A stretch of DNA of 64,000 nt, from NCBI GenBank assembly GCA_002269645.1, contig NIVC01003103.1, positions 62,001-126,000 of the forward strand, read 5' to 3'. The DNA is from Macrostomum lignano (taxonomy: Eukaryota). The position numbers and the translations under genes are program-made. Each line of letters begins with the position of its first letter. The stretch's first letter is position 1. Below are positions 61,401 through 64,000 of this stretch, in pieces. The notes beneath the pieces are model-generated. The model had not been told where the DNA came from and made no database searches. It worked only from the letters and a program-made list of their open reading frames with translations.

Positions 61401-63824
61401 CGATGGCATTAGCCATTGGGTCAGAATGTACTTTGGGCTCCGAAGTGTTACCGTTGTGAACGGGATTGCGGTTCCAATTGCTGTCTGTGAACTGTTAGCT
61501 GCGTCAGACAGAGAGAGAGGCGAGTGTCTATTGTCTCTCCTGGCCCTGTCCACATCTCTCCGAAGAGAATGAGTTTTCACTCCCTATAGAGTGAGCTGGG
61601 GTGCAAGACTTGGCATTTCGTCTCCGAGCTGCGCTACAGGCAGTGCCAAGTGTCTCTCGAGTGTGCAGCAATGTACTTTTTTCAACTTTTGCTCGTGTGC
61701 TCACCGATGCGGTGAGATAGTCGCGTGATGTTAGACTGCTATCCGCACTGGCGGTGACGGAATTTTTTATATTGCCAAGTCTTCAGATCGAGTGACTGAC
61801 AGACTACCAATGCACTGGGGCGCGAAAGAGTTTTGCGTGAGGGATGAAGGGCCATGCTTAAGATGCAGGGTGTCAGATAAAGGACCATGAGACGCAGATG
61901 TGAGAGGGCCATGAGATGCAGGGGTGAGATCCGAATCCGGCCCAACCTCCTCCAGCAAGGTGCCGAAGTTCATCCGCATGCTGGCGCCGTCGGGCTCGCT
62001 GGAGATGACGGAGACAGCCTGGAACGCCTACCCCTACTGCCGCACTGTGGTGGAGAACCCCGGCTACATGAAGGATAATTTCTTCATCAAGATCGAGTCC
62101 ATGCACGTGCAGGACGCCGGCACGCAGGAGAATGTGCACCAGCTGCCGCCGAACCTGCTTCAGAAGCGCGAGGTTGTGTACATCGACATCGCCAACGACA
62201 AGCTGTACTCAAACTCCGACTACAAGCGCGAGTTCGACCCCAAGCTGTTCAAGTCGTCCAAGACCGGCCGCGGCCCGCTCACCAACCGGCCCTGGTGGGA
62301 GAACTTCGACGGCCCGGTGATGTGCGCCTACAAGCTGGTCACCTGCGAGTTCAAGTGGTTCGGCCTGCAGGGCCGCATCGAGAGCTTCATCCACACTGTG
62401 AGTTGCGAACTGCTGCTGTGCGCTGCTACCGGTGTAGCTGGGCCCTCCCAGTGCTGCTTCTGCTTCCAGTCACTGTCATCGTATCTCACTGGGCTACCCC
62501 TCACTAGATAGCCTCATTAGATACCCCTGACTAGATACCCTCATTAGATACCCCTCACTAGATAGCCTCATTAGATACCCCTCACTAGATACCCTCATTA
62601 TATACCCCTCACCAGATACCCTCATTATATACCCCTCACCAGATACCCTCATTAGATACCCCTCATCAGCTACCCCTCATCGGATACCCCTCATCAGCTA
62701 CCCCTCACCGGATACCCCTCATCAGCTACCCCTCACCGGATACCCCTCATCAGCTACCCCTTACCGGATACCCCTCATCAGCTACCCCTTACCGGATACC
62801 CCTCACCAGCTACCCCTTACCGGATACCCCTCACCAGCTACCCCTCACCGGATACCCCTCATCAGCTACCCCTCATCGGATACCCCTCATCAGCTACCCC
62901 TCACCGGATACCCCTCATCAGCTACCCCTCACCGGATACCCCTCATCAGCTACCCCTTACCGGATACCCCTCATCAGCTACCCCTTACCGGATACCCCTC
63001 ACCAGCTACCCCTTACCGGATACCCCTCACCAGCTACCCCTCACCGGATACCCCTCATCAGCTACCCCTCACCGGATACCCCTCATCAGCTACCCCTTAC
63101 CGGATACCCCTCATCAGCTACCCCTTACCGGATACCCCTCACCAGCTACCCCTTACCGGATACCCCTCACCAGCTACCCCTCACCGGATACCCCTCATCA
63201 GCTACCCCTCACCGGATACCCCTCATCAGCTACCCCTTACCGGATGCGCCTCATCAGCTACCCCTCATCGGATACCCCTCATCAGCTACCCCTCACCGGA
63301 TACCCCTCATCAGCTACCCCTCACCGGATACCCCTCATCAGCTACCCCTTACCGGATACCCCTCATCAGCTACCCCTTACCGGATACCCCTCACCAGCTA
63401 CCCCTTACCGGATACCCCTCACCAGCTACCCCTCACCGGATACCCCTCATCAGCTACCCCTCACCGGATACCCCTCATCAGCTACCCCTTACCGGATACC
63501 CCTCATCAGCTACCCCTTACCGGATACCCCTCACCAGCTACCCCTCACCGGATACCCCTCATCAGCTACCCCTCACCGGATACCCCTCATCAGCTACCCC
63601 TCACCGGATACCCCTCATCAGCTACCCCTCACCGGATGCGCCTCGCCCACCCGCAGATGGAGCGCCGGATCTTCACGAACTTCCACAGGCAGGTGTTCTG
63701 CAGCATGGACCAGTGGTACGGCCTCACCATGGAGCAGATCCGGAAGTGGGAGGAGGAGACCAAGAAGGAGCTGGACGACCAGATCGAGAAGGGACCCGCC
63801 CGCGGCGTCCGCGAGGACGACTGA
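58467..63824 (+). CDS. PITPN: phosphatidylinositol transfer protein (class I PITP), 280 aa
   Basis: Exons 58467-58483 (ATGCTGATCAAAGAGTA|GTAAGT), 60623-60838, 61956-62397 and 63657-63824, total 843 nt with consistent phases. Motifs [70 protein letters not shown]. Confidence 0.96.
59011..59635. mobile_element. foldback/MITE-like element with ~190-bp imperfect inverted arms in PITP intron 1
   Basis: 59016-59205 (CCAGAAATAGCAGGAAAA...TTGATGCAACTTG...TTCATTCAAAA) aligns to the reverse complement of ~59440-59630. Confidence 0.75.
60885..61322. repeat. ~30-bp tandem repeat in PITP intron 2
   Basis: Unit (ATATG)TTCAGATTAGGCTGTCACCC(CACCCC). Confidence 0.88.
62492..63637. repeat. 28-bp (2x14) C-rich minisatellite filling PITP intron 3
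   Basis: Unit ACCGGATACCCCTCATCAGCTACCCCTC; the left edge uses TAGATACCC variants. Confidence 0.95.
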
Positions 63825-64000
63825 CGCTCCAAGCCAGACCGCGGCTTCCTCCATTTCTAAGACTGACTGATTGCCTGTCTCTGAACTGCCTGCTCAAAGC
63901 TCTGCAACTCTGTGATGAAGCTGGCGCAGCATTACGGATGGGGCGAGGTTAAGTTCTGTAATCCGCTTTCCACTTTTGTTACAAGCCAGGCTTTCTCTTA

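Noticed and set aside
63244-63870. 208-aa ORF at the window end
   Set aside because: It is intronic 28-bp repeat running into the wrong frame of PITP exon 4.

Overview
Eukaryotic (metazoan invertebrate) genomic DNA with spliceosomal genes, GC-rich exons, AT-rich blocks and minisatellite-filled introns. The style suggests a flatworm such as Macrostomum, but that is inference only. Left to right: exon 1 of a striatin gene (-); an ankyrin-repeat ORF (-); three minisatellites; an NKRF-like gene (-); an AT-rich block with a truncated LINE and two TSD-flanked MITEs; a glutamyl-tRNA synthetase gene (+) ending in five WHEP domains and a stop codon; a separate WHEP-prolyl-tRNA synthetase gene (+) 1.75 kb downstream; a non-autonomous hAT element; alpha-tubulin (-); a very large inducible GTPase gene (-) with an in-frame TAG; HPS1 (-) with an apparent frameshift; and a class I PITP gene (+). 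Two observations stand out. First, the normally fused metazoan EPRS appears split into two adjacent co-oriented genes. Second, the tandemly duplicated WHEP exons of the GluRS gene carry six intronic C/D-box snoRNA-like paralogues, most with a D-box guide complementary to the conserved 18S rRNA sequence GAAAAAAUUAGAGUG. Exon boundaries were read by hand from GT/GC-AG signals and phase consistency. Family assignments rest on remembered motifs, not database searches.
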